A stretch of 64,000 nucleotides of DNA, taken from the IMG/VR virus record IMGVR_UViG_3300030329_003696, positions 1-64,000 of that record. One strand, 5' to 3'. This DNA comes from a virus. Both the position numbers and the translations under genes were made by a program. This document shows, piece by piece, positions 38,212 through 47,268 of this stretch (position 1 is the stretch's first letter; each line of letters starts with the position of its first letter). The notes under the pieces are model-generated. The model had not been told where the DNA came from. It was given only the letters and a program-made list of their open reading frames with translations, and ran no database searches.

Positions 38212-39185
38212 TTTTTCACCTCGTAAGCCTTGTTAAAAATTGTGTTCCATTCTTCGATAAACCTATCTTCGGAGAAAAGGTTTTTAATTGTCTCCCTAGC
38301 ACTTTCGCCCATTTCTTTGGCTAGTTCGGGATCTGCTAATAGCTTTTGTATATAACCCCTTAACTCCTCTTCGTCATTCGATATAAAGCCGTTTTCGCCG
38401 TTGTTTATTATATTGGGCATTTCACAGGTAGCTGTTGTTACTACAGCACAACCGCAAGACATCGCCTCTAGCATAGACGTTGGTACTGGACTTAGTGTGC
38501 TGGGGTTGATATAAACTAGAGAATTTTGGTACTCCTCGACAAGGTGCTCTACAGATTCACTTTGCTTCGATAGACCCTCTGTTTCGCCTACAACCTTTCT
38601 TGGGAGGTCTTTAGTTATTCTTTCCCAACCTTGGTAGTTTAGTGCGTAGTCCCTATTTTTGAAATCGTGAGCAACCGTTAAAACACCCTCTCTTTTTGCT
38701 TCTGGGTCTGGCCTAAAAAGTTCTGTGTCAATTGAGTGATACACAACTTCTCCGCCCATCCCCCATTCTCCCATAGAGTATTTCGTTATGAATACATCAA
38801 TATCACCCTTCATGTTTTGATAGCTTTTCATTTGACTATCCGGCCAGCTAGATAGTGGTAATGTATGCTCAAGTGATATCACGGGAATCTGTAGTGTCCT
38901 ATTTATTTGCTCAGAGATTTGAAATTGACCAAACTTACTATTGGATAGTATGAAGTCAAAATTTATCGCGGAGAATAGAGAATTCTTGGGCAAAACATAA
39001 TAATTCTCCGGCATCGGTGCGTGTCCACTGTACCAATCTTTAGCACCCTCATGCATAAAAGCATAAAAGTTATGTCCCGTTTTCGCCAGTTGCGACTGGT
39101 ATCTTTCGTGGGTATTGAAAGTCAGTATATTGTACTTTTTAGAGGTTCTTTGTACATCACCTATTATGTTTTTTGTTTTAATCAT
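38208..39185 (-). CDS. GT4 (GT-B) glycosyltransferase
   Basis: YINPS..SPVPTSMLEAMSCGCAVV..IINNGENGF..MGESARE. Confidence 0.85.
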   Translation of the reverse strand: MIKTKNIIGDVQRTSKKYNILTFNTHERYQSQLAKTGHNFYAFMHEGAKDWYSGHAPMPENYYVLPKNSLFSAINFDFILSNSKFGQFQISEQINRTLQIPVISLEHTLPLSSWPDSQMKSYQNMKGDIDVFITKYSMGEWGMGGEVVYHSIDTELFRPDPEAKREGVLTVAHDFKNRDYALNYQGWERITKDLPRKVVGETEGLSKQSESVEHLVEEYQNSLVYINPSTLSPVPTSMLEAMSCGCAVVTTATCEMPNIINNGENGFISNDEEELRGYIQKLLADPELAKEMGESARETIKNLFSEDRFIEEWNTIFNKAYEVKK

Positions 39186-40296
39186 TTAGAATGTCCTTCA
39201 TTATTGATCCTACGCTTTCAAAAGAAAGGGACTCGCATACTGAGAATCCTGTGCTTTTTGCAGAGTTCTCAAAAGCAACTGGGTTTTTCTCCCAGTCGTT
39301 GTATGCTGATCTCATGGAATTTTTAAGATCTCTATCGTCAGATAGACACGTAAAGTCATGGCCGCAATTCATCTGTAAAATGCTATCTGAGGTTGTCTTG
39401 TTAGATTTTAGACAGAATCCTACTGGATATCCTTGATTTTCCGGCGTAACCTTGAGCAAATCTTTAGACGCTGAAATGTTAGTTAGTATAACCCTGCTAC
39501 CAAGACCCAACGCATCGACACCATGAGTTGCTGATGGAGAGTTTTTGAGATCTATAAAACAGTGCCCATACTGATGTGCTGCCATTAAGTGGTCTTCACT
39601 AAGGTTATTGTCTGTTATAATAACCTCTTTTAAGTAGTCTTTTGCGTCCTTGTTTAGCCTTAGCGTTTCCTTTACATTTGCAGCCGCCCTATTAACCGTT
39701 TCCCTAGCTTGATCTGAAGGATTTGTAACAACAATTATTAGTACAGCTCGATCAGTGTAGTCAAACTCGGAATGGAAGCTAGAAAGGATGGAGTCAAGAG
39801 AGTGACTATCACTGGAATCCACAAAGCAGTAAAGTCTAAATTTATTTCTAGCGTAGGGTATATCTATTGGTTGATAGCGTTGTTTAAACTTCTCTAGGTT
39901 GCATGAGGCTGGCACCACCTTGGTTGAAACTAAATCCCCAATGTTATCACTATAATCTTGATTGGGAACCCATACCTCATCTACTTGCTGTAAGTGTTCT
40001 ATAGTAGAGCTGTGTCTTATGTTTAGGAATGTATTCGATAAGATTGCTATATTCTTTTTAAATTTACTAGAGCCTACTATCGAGTCTGGAAAAACATGCT
40101 GTATGCAGACATCGCAGTCGTCAGCTTTTTTATTCTCAAGCTCAAGTATTCTTCCCTGCGAGGGGATTGAAGACTGTACCTTGATCCCCCTACAAACAAC
40201 GTCAACCCCAGCCTTATCTAGGGATAAAATGTTGTTTCGGGTTATTTGACCCCAATCGCTATTTTCCTTATGGTATCCAATATAGAGAACTTTCAT
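39178..40296 (-). CDS. GT4-like glycosyltransferase (divergent)
   Basis: MKVLYIG, VDEVWVPN, F..EF, DALGLGSRVILT; GT-B layout with non-canonical catalytic motif. Confidence 0.6.
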   Translation of the reverse strand: MKVLYIGYHKENSDWGQITRNNILSLDKAGVDVVCRGIKVQSSIPSQGRILELENKKADDCDVCIQHVFPDSIVGSSKFKKNIAILSNTFLNIRHSSTIEHLQQVDEVWVPNQDYSDNIGDLVSTKVVPASCNLEKFKQRYQPIDIPYARNKFRLYCFVDSSDSHSLDSILSSFHSEFDYTDRAVLIIVVTNPSDQARETVNRAAANVKETLRLNKDAKDYLKEVIITDNNLSEDHLMAAHQYGHCFIDLKNSPSATHGVDALGLGSRVILTNISASKDLLKVTPENQGYPVGFCLKSNKTTSDSILQMNCGHDFTCLSDDRDLKNSMRSAYNDWEKNPVAFENSAKSTGFSVCESLSFESVGSIMKDILND

Positions 40297-40868
40297 TAGT
40301 TATCTCCTCCCGACTTCTTAGCCACAATCATAATATCGTCATACCTATCTTTGTTAGATCTCAGGTCTATGGTTTTAATGTCATTAAATACAACCGGAAG
40401 ACTATTCATAATTGGTTCGCAAAATTGTATATCTTGCACATCTTCGATAACAAACACTCCGTCATCTTTCAGTAGCTGAGACCAAAACTTACAGGAAAAA
40501 ACCTGATGATTGGGAAGGTGTGAGCCATCGTCTATGATTATATCAAATTTAATACCTAAGTCTTCTATCTTTCTAATCGTGTCAAAAGAGATGGCATCAG
40601 TGTTTTCGTAAATGGTTACGTTTTCAATGTCATCAAATTGTCGAAGACCGCTTCTTTCATCTAATTCTATACCAATAATATTTGCGTCAGAGAAATAATC
40701 GTTCCAGAGACTAAGCGATCCACCGTGATGGTTCCCAATTTCAAGTAAATTTATCTTCTTATCCTTGTACTCTGAAAACAAGGAGTCATATGTTTCTATG
40801 TAAGAATGACTAGTGTCCTTATCTGTCCCGTAAGACCCACTAGTTATTAGCTCTTTTAAAGTTGACAT
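40296..40868 (-). CDS. Class I SAM-dependent (sugar O-)methyltransferase
   Basis: TDK..HSY..Y, LLEIG..GGSL.LW..YF, FDIIIDDGSH, GVFVIED. Confidence 0.85.
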   Translation of the reverse strand: MSTLKELITSGSYGTDKDTSHSYIETYDSLFSEYKDKKINLLEIGNHHGGSLSLWNDYFSDANIIGIELDERSGLRQFDDIENVTIYENTDAISFDTIRKIEDLGIKFDIIIDDGSHLPNHQVFSCKFWSQLLKDDGVFVIEDVQDIQFCEPIMNSLPVVFNDIKTIDLRSNKDRYDDIMIVAKKSGGDN

Positions 40869-41632
40869 TGTTTCTCCAAATTGTAAAACTTTATGAATTG
40901 CATTCCGGCGTTATTGAATTCTCCGTGAAATCCGAAGGATGAATATGACAATAAGACATCCCTGTTAAAATATTTATACTCAGTGGGATGCTCAACGGAG
41001 AACTTAGCCGCAAGAGAGGGTGGTGCAAAGGTAATGCCCTGTTCCGTCATGCGATCATAATTGAAAACACAAGTGTTGAGGTCTTCGTTCTTATGCTCCC
41101 ACCCCAGACTTGCCGATTCTTCCACAAACTTACGTGTTCTCAGGGAAAACCCTCCGTTGCCAACAACGTTCGGGATTTTCTCTATGCGACCAGCTACCAT
41201 GTCGCTTGCTTGAACTATTGACATCGGCCAAGGAGCACCTATATAGTCATACTCTAAATATTTATCATCCCAATTGGTTATATCTATAATAGTTGAATCA
41301 TGCTGCACATTCAAACAAAAATCATCTAAAATATACTTATTTGTCTGTTGAATAAATGATTCGCAGAATCCGCTTCGATTTTTATCATCATCCGACATGT
41401 TTGATGTTAGTTCTACGCTCATATCGCAGACATCAATGTCGTACTTGTTTATTACATCGTCAAATAAACTTAGGTTTGTTTTACTACTATCTGTAATTAA
41501 AACCGCACGCTTAAACTTTACCTGATCCATACCAATCAGCATAGATCTTAAAGATTTTCTTACATGCTCCTCTCCCCAGCAGAATGTAAAAATAGTTACA
41601 TCCGGAAGCTGCAACTTATTTCCAATAGTCAT
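40856..41632 (-). CDS. DUF5672-family putative glycosyltransferase
   Basis: VQHD, EYDYIGAPW, VGNGGFSLR, NED, FSVE, FGFH. Confidence 0.75.
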   Translation of the reverse strand: MTIGNKLQLPDVTIFTFCWGEEHVRKSLRSMLIGMDQVKFKRAVLITDSSKTNLSLFDDVINKYDIDVCDMSVELTSNMSDDDKNRSGFCESFIQQTNKYILDDFCLNVQHDSTIIDITNWDDKYLEYDYIGAPWPMSIVQASDMVAGRIEKIPNVVGNGGFSLRTRKFVEESASLGWEHKNEDLNTCVFNYDRMTEQGITFAPPSLAAKFSVEHPTEYKYFNRDVLLSYSSFGFHGEFNNAGMQFIKFYNLEKQCQL

Positions 41633-42629
41633 AGATTCCCTTCTCTATTTCGTAGTCCATTCTTTTCTGTTCTCTTTCCGGTTGCTTCATAGCCCACTTG
41701 AACATTTCGTCGATAAGTTCTTCTAGATTTGTACCATCGTGAAACCCAAGATTTCTAGGGTCTTTTGCCAACGTGTGGTCGCAGTGTGCGTGTTTAGCTT
41801 CATGACGACCCTCTACATGCTTCTTTTCTGCTTCAAAGCCATTCTTCCAAGCTACACGTTGAACCGTGTCTGCAAGCTCGTTAATCGTATATGCTTTGTC
41901 TGCACCTAAATTAAATGTATAACCATTACATCTATCGATTAAGGTTTCAAAGGGTTTCATGTAATACTTAACGTCTGAGAACGCACGTGTTTGTTCTCCA
42001 TCGCCATAAATCAACATCGGCTCGCCAGCGAGGACGCGACGAATAAAAATGCCCGCTACGTTACGATATTTATCCCAGATATTCTGATAGATACCAACAA
42101 CGTTATGTGGCCTAATAATAGTGTATCGAAGGCCGTGTTGTTCACTAGCAATCTTTATATCCATTTCAATAGCATACTTTGCAACCCCGTATGGGTCGAT
42201 GGGTGCTGGCCCCATCTTTTCGTTGAAGGGAGGAAAGTGGTTTCCGTATACCGCCATAGAAGACGTGAAGATCATCTTCGTATCATGTTCGATACATTGA
42301 TTGATGATATTAACACTCCCTAAAACGTTATTTGTATAATTAAAGTGTCTTATATAGGGCGATAACCCCTCAGCTGCGTAAGCGGCAAAATGAAAACAGG
42401 CAGCTACATCATTAAAATGGAAGATATTATTTAAAGCCTTACTTGCCCAACGGTCAGAAATATTAATGGGCCAGAATTCAAATTGTTCTGGAGGTGCTTG
42501 CGGCAGATAGTCTGAGTATCCACCGCTAAGGTCATCAATCCCAATAACCCTGTAGCCTTCACTTAAAAGGTGTCTACTAAAATGACTACCAAAAAGCCCA
42601 GCTGCTCCTGTTACAACAACGGTTCTCAT
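41616..42629 (-). CDS. NAD-dependent nucleotide-sugar epimerase/dehydratase (extended SDR)
   Basis: TGAAGLFG, HFAAYAAE, FTSSMAVYG, PYGVAK (YxxxK), RPHNVVG, GDGEQTRAF. Confidence 0.9.
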   Translation of the reverse strand: MRTVVVTGAAGLFGSHFSRHLLSEGYRVIGIDDLSGGYSDYLPQAPPEQFEFWPINISDRWASKALNNIFHFNDVAACFHFAAYAAEGLSPYIRHFNYTNNVLGSVNIINQCIEHDTKMIFTSSMAVYGNHFPPFNEKMGPAPIDPYGVAKYAIEMDIKIASEQHGLRYTIIRPHNVVGIYQNIWDKYRNVAGIFIRRVLAGEPMLIYGDGEQTRAFSDVKYYMKPFETLIDRCNGYTFNLGADKAYTINELADTVQRVAWKNGFEAEKKHVEGRHEAKHAHCDHTLAKDPRNLGFHDGTNLEELIDEMFKWAMKQPEREQKRMDYEIEKGIYDYWK

Positions 42630-44311
42630 TGAATGACTCCCGCCTGCTTCATGGCCTCAATTCTTTTTTGTTCCCAGTTGTTTCTCCTTTCACATAACTG
42701 CCGCATGTGAGAGTATGCCATGTCTATATTAAACTCTTGCCTAACGTTTGATCCGTCAAAAGCGGCGGACGATTCATTAAAATACATTCCCCCTGTAGAG
42801 CCTGTAGAGGACTTATACATTAGGTCTCTAGACATCCTAGCTTCAAAGAAACTATTTATTCGGTGAGGCTCTCCAAGGACTTCTGCTATCAACCATTTAG
42901 AAATTTGATTGATTGGTAAAGAGTTTATCTGCTCCTCTGGTAGCATTGGTGAGGACTGGTGAATTCTAGGCTCAGAACCCCAAGTCTGCTTTATATCTGG
43001 AGTCTCAAATGCATCAAAAATTCTTTCCCACTGCTTACCACTAAGATCCCACTGATAATACTTATCAAAGTTTTTGCGAGTCTCAGTCCCAATCTTGGCT
43101 ATTTCCTCGTCGCTCTTTTGGAAAAACTCAAGGAACAGTTCACTCGCCCTATCATTGTCGGGGACAGCACGTAGACAACCAGTCTCTAACTCTTTATAAA
43201 GTGCTGAGGGGCGTATGGGGAAGCCTCCGAGCTTTCTCAGTACACTTTCCATTGCGGAATAATCTGTACCGCAGACCGGAACCCCGCACGCCGCAGCCTC
43301 AACCTGTGGTAAACCAAAACCTTCACAGTTTGCGTATTGAGTATAAAGGTCAAATAGGTTAATGATATTGGACAGATCTTCGTATGACGCACCGTTTTTC
43401 ACGTTAGATAGGGTACTTCCCCACTTACCCGTGAAAGGTGACTGTGCTACGGCACCTTTAAACAGAGACGGAAAGGGCTTCTTTGTTTCTGGACATATAT
43501 ACGTAAACAATACGTGTGATGCTAGGTCGTTCTCGATTATGAGTTCTGGTATGTCCCACCCCAAATCTGGATACGACGTGTGGCAATAAAGATAGAACTT
43601 TTTATTCTCAGATTTGTCTAGAAACTTTCTGAAGGCCTTAAAAAGATCTGGGTACAGCTTGCGTCTTTGATTACGCATAACTGTTCCAATAATTTTATAT
43701 GAGGGATCTATACCGTATCTCAGCTTATGTTGCATCTTGTCCTCTACGGGACTGTAAGCCGGATGTGCGGACGGTGGTGCGGAACCAAGATACTGTATTT
43801 TACCGCCAGATTGATCGTTCAGAATAAGGCCAGCCCAGTCGGAATAGGTGAGACAGGCATCGGCAGACTCATATGTTGATATCCACTGTCTAGCTTGTGG
43901 CCTAGCGTCTACGGTGGGCATTACGACCCACTTAAAATAAGGTCTAAAGGGGCTTCTTTCAGCAAAGTCTAGCATCCAGAAGTCTCGAATATCACAAACG
44001 ACATCTGGGAGAAAGTCTAAACAGACATGCTCGAAGATCCATTCTCCAAACTGATTGGTGCCGCCCTGATTGTAGGCCTGCATTTCTTCTGGGGTTGCCT
44101 TGGGTTCAAAGTCAGTATTGGGTGCTACCCCGTAATATTTCCAAGGTATACTAGCTGCCCTCGGGTCATTCCTTTGCCCGTATGCACCAAGCTCTGCAAG
44201 CTCATACTTACCTGTACTGTGTAGATAATTCAATATCTCCCGCGTATAAGTGGCGTACCCAGTATTTAAAAACGTAGCTTCGCTACAGAACAGTATCCGT
44301 TTCTTTCTCAT
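42626..44311 (-). CDS. GT4 (GT-B) glycosyltransferase
   Basis: TGYA, RNQRRK, canonical EGFGLPQVEAAACG (E-x7-E). Confidence 0.88.
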   Translation of the reverse strand: MRKKRILFCSEATFLNTGYATYTREILNYLHSTGKYELAELGAYGQRNDPRAASIPWKYYGVAPNTDFEPKATPEEMQAYNQGGTNQFGEWIFEHVCLDFLPDVVCDIRDFWMLDFAERSPFRPYFKWVVMPTVDARPQARQWISTYESADACLTYSDWAGLILNDQSGGKIQYLGSAPPSAHPAYSPVEDKMQHKLRYGIDPSYKIIGTVMRNQRRKLYPDLFKAFRKFLDKSENKKFYLYCHTSYPDLGWDIPELIIENDLASHVLFTYICPETKKPFPSLFKGAVAQSPFTGKWGSTLSNVKNGASYEDLSNIINLFDLYTQYANCEGFGLPQVEAAACGVPVCGTDYSAMESVLRKLGGFPIRPSALYKELETGCLRAVPDNDRASELFLEFFQKSDEEIAKIGTETRKNFDKYYQWDLSGKQWERIFDAFETPDIKQTWGSEPRIHQSSPMLPEEQINSLPINQISKWLIAEVLGEPHRINSFFEARMSRDLMYKSSTGSTGGMYFNESSAAFDGSNVRQEFNIDMAYSHMRQLCERRNNWEQKRIEAMKQAGVIQ

Positions 44312-44312
44312 T

Positions 44313-44630
44313 TTATTCCTTATCCAAACATCCGAAGTCGAATTGATTAACCCTAAAAATGACTTCTGTGTCGCTTTCGGGTTCTAGGTTTTTAGCTGAG
44401 GCGTTTATGGTCATTTTCATACCTTCTTTACCCAATTTTGCGATTGTCCTTGCCCCACTATCCCAAGCTATGAATCTAAGATATGTAGAGTGTCTTTTCT
44501 TTTCACCCCTTTTATTTCTAAAATACTCATAGATATATAGAGTAAACTCGCAGTATTCAGCACCGGAATCTTCATCTATTTCGACCTCTGGGTCATCGTA
44601 TAGGTATCCCGTAAACATGCAGTTGTTCAT
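44313..44630 (-). CDS. ssb: Single-stranded DNA-binding protein (OB fold)
   Basis: NNCMFTGYL..DPE, F.AW...A..I....K.G pattern; AAGGAG RBS; adjacent to the polymerase. Confidence 0.75.
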   Translation of the reverse strand: MNNCMFTGYLYDDPEVEIDEDSGAEYCEFTLYIYEYFRNKRGEKKRHSTYLRFIAWDSGARTIAKLGKEGMKMTINASAKNLEPESDTEVIFRVNQFDFGCLDKE

Positions 44631-44677
44631 TAATTCTCCTTTATACGTATAGTAGTCTACACGTCGTCATAAACCAA

Positions 44678-46237
44678 TTATATTTCGTGAATTTTATTGA
44701 CAATGAACGAATTATCCTTAGCCACGTCTCCACACAGAAGAAGGTTATTACCTTCATAAAGTATATACTGGTATTTATCTCTTGCCTCTGGGAACACGAC
44801 TACACTATCTAAGGAACATGTATTGTCCTCTATCGTAAGAAAAGCCATCTTCCTCCCCTTAGTTTTACCTCGTTTAACCGTGGTGGTCGCTACTCGGTTC
44901 ACATTAGCTGCTATGCAAAGGTTTTTGCCCGTCTTTCCGTTGAGAACATCCTTGCAGTAAGTATTTGCAACCGATGTGTCCGCTGAGTCAATTTTAGACA
45001 GGGATACTGGACAGCCCAAGAATTTGCCCTCCTGTTCAATGATCCATGCAGGATCATCATCCAAGCTGTATGGAGGGTTTTTGATCAAGTTTGCCTCGTT
45101 TTCCACTATCTGACTTCGTTCGACCTTACTTGTTCCCCCACCCATCTTTTTCGTGGGAGATAGATCTATAAAGCAGTCATACAGATTGTCCCACTGTTTG
45201 CTCTGATAATTCTTTACGACCCAGTTAGACTCTGCCTTAGTTAACTCTCTGAATATAAGGTACTCATAAAGTGCTCTATTTCTAGACGTGTTGGTTGCGG
45301 CTGTAGAGAAAAAGCCTATGGAACATAGTGCTTTGAAGGCTGTCGCATTAATTTTTGGCGACAGGTAAACAATGATGTCCATCCAAGAGAACTCGCTAGG
45401 GTCTTTGCCCGTTTCTTCAGACGCCTCCTGCACAGCCTTCATCACTTTATCGCCCGTTACCCCCGTAAGAGATTTAACGTCCTTGACCCCGAAGTATATC
45501 CCATCATCCTGAATGTTGAATTTGGACTCAAACGAGGAAATCTTGGGAATCTTCACTTCAAGGTCAAAAAGCTTGGCTTCGGAAACCAGTTCATAAATTT
45601 CTTGATGGGGGTCTTGTTTCTCATTCGCATGGTATAGGTAGGACAGGAAGAATTCCTTGGTGTGATTTGCTTTATACCAAGCGGACCAAAATGAGTCAAC
45701 CGCATACGCAACAGCGTGAGACTTGTTGAAGGAGTACCTAGACGACTTCTCGATCCAACCAAAGATCTCAGATGCGGTGTCCTCGTTGACTAATCCAGTC
45801 TGGTGACATCCTAGAATAAAGTCTCCTCGTATCATAGCCATTAGCTCTGCATCCTTTTTACCAATAGCTTTTCTCAGGTCATCGGCCTTCTTGAGGTCAA
45901 AACCTGCAAGCTTCTGTGCTATACGCATAGATTGTTCTTGATAAACAAGTACGCCGTATGTTGGCTTGAATATCTCTTCGAGAGACTCGTGTAGATACGA
46001 GACTTCTTCTTCTTTATTCTTTCTATCAACAAACCTTTGCGTCATAGACTTTCCGTCAATAATCGCCTTCAAACAGCCCGGTCTAATCAACGCTATCAGA
46101 GCCGCAAGTTCCTCTAGATTTGAAGGTGCTAGCCTTTTAGACCAAGCACGCCCAAGGTTACTCTCTAGTTGGAAAACCCCTTTTGTGAGGCCGTCCTTGA
46201 AGAGGTTCCATGTTTTCTCATCTTTATAATCAATCAT
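44678..46237 (-). CDS. dnaE: DNA polymerase III alpha, C-terminal half (fingers, HhH, OB)
   Basis: GVFQLES, ALIRPG, YGVLVYQEQ, ADDLRKAIGKK, YSFNKSHAVAY, KMAFLTIED. Confidence 0.92.
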   Translation of the reverse strand: MIDYKDEKTWNLFKDGLTKGVFQLESNLGRAWSKRLAPSNLEELAALIALIRPGCLKAIIDGKSMTQRFVDRKNKEEEVSYLHESLEEIFKPTYGVLVYQEQSMRIAQKLAGFDLKKADDLRKAIGKKDAELMAMIRGDFILGCHQTGLVNEDTASEIFGWIEKSSRYSFNKSHAVAYAVDSFWSAWYKANHTKEFFLSYLYHANEKQDPHQEIYELVSEAKLFDLEVKIPKISSFESKFNIQDDGIYFGVKDVKSLTGVTGDKVMKAVQEASEETGKDPSEFSWMDIIVYLSPKINATAFKALCSIGFFSTAATNTSRNRALYEYLIFRELTKAESNWVVKNYQSKQWDNLYDCFIDLSPTKKMGGGTSKVERSQIVENEANLIKNPPYSLDDDPAWIIEQEGKFLGCPVSLSKIDSADTSVANTYCKDVLNGKTGKNLCIAANVNRVATTTVKRGKTKGRKMAFLTIEDNTCSLDSVVVFPEARDKYQYILYEGNNLLLCGDVAKDNSFIVNKIHEI

Positions 46238-46613
46238 TATCTTTACTCAAATAGTTAATTGCTCTTTGTAAACCTTCAACACTATCGCTAAATGCTCCAA
46301 TTCCCCTATTGCACTTATGACATAGCCATCCCCTAAAAACATCTGTTGCATGGCAATGGTCAACGACAAAGGGTGATGCTCTCTTGCTGCCTTCGCCAGA
46401 GACTTCCGATGCTGTTCTTCCACAAATTGGACACTCATAATCTTCTGGCGGTCGCCCATATTTGGTCCGAAGCTCTTTCCTTCTTTTGCTTAAATGCCTA
46501 TTACAATCTTTACATTCTGTCCTCAAATAGTTTTCCCCACCCCTTTTACTGAAGTGTATTGTGGGTAGTTCTTTTTTACATTTACTGCATGTTTTATACG
46601 TACAAATTTCCAT
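46230..46613 (-). CDS. HNH endonuclease (endonuclease VII family), probable homing endonuclease
   Basis: CSKC..CKDC zinc finger, CPIC, VDHCH....RGWLCHKCNRGIG; likely start ATG 46613. Confidence 0.85.
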   Translation of the reverse strand: MEICTYKTCSKCKKELPTIHFSKRGGENYLRTECKDCNRHLSKRRKELRTKYGRPPEDYECPICGRTASEVSGEGSKRASPFVVDHCHATDVFRGWLCHKCNRGIGAFSDSVEGLQRAINYLSKDND

Positions 46614-47268
46614 CAGCAAACGCCTTATCAAATTTCATATTTCTGTATACTGCACGTCTTGATTTTTGTAGTTTAATAAAGATGTTTGCAGTGTCTTTAA
46701 CGTCTTGGAGGGCGTCATGAGCGTTGTCTCCGGAGAGACCCATGCGTTCTCTGAGGCTATCCATACTGATGGACTTTACGTTTGGATCTCCTTCAGTCCA
46801 AAGCCACACGTCATCCATAACATCAATTTTATAAATCTGGTGAAACAACTTCTGGGATTGTCGCTTTTCGTCCCAAGGCCCGTATTCTTTGCACAACCTG
46901 TTCACGATATGCATGTCATAACCGATAATATTAAAACCGGCGGGAATCGGTGCGAAGTATGGCGTTCCCTTCCAATTATATTTATTGACGAAGTTGCAGA
47001 ACTTTTTCCACACACCCTTCGGAAGCGGTGCTCTCGCCAGCTTCGATCTGGTCTGCCCAGTTACTTTCAACGCACCCTCTTCTAGTGGGTCAACTCCAGC
47101 AGCTATAGCCTCATCGTCATCAATAATAGGACGCATCATACTATTGAACTCACCCTTTAGTCTAAAGTTTCTTCCGTCTAGGGCAATCGCAGCGATTTGT
47201 GTAGGTTGGCATCGTAAAGGATTTCTACCGCCTGTCTCAAAGTCAAAAACAATTATGTCACGATTCAT
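46594..47268 (-). CDS. DEDDh 3'-5' exonuclease (DnaQ/epsilon-like)
   Basis: ExoI VFDFETGG, ExoII GFNIIGYD, ExoIII AHDALQD. Confidence 0.88.
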   Translation of the reverse strand: MNRDIIVFDFETGGRNPLRCQPTQIAAIALDGRNFRLKGEFNSMMRPIIDDDEAIAAGVDPLEEGALKVTGQTRSKLARAPLPKGVWKKFCNFVNKYNWKGTPYFAPIPAGFNIIGYDMHIVNRLCKEYGPWDEKRQSQKLFHQIYKIDVMDDVWLWTEGDPNVKSISMDSLRERMGLSGDNAHDALQDVKDTANIFIKLQKSRRAVYRNMKFDKAFADGNLYV

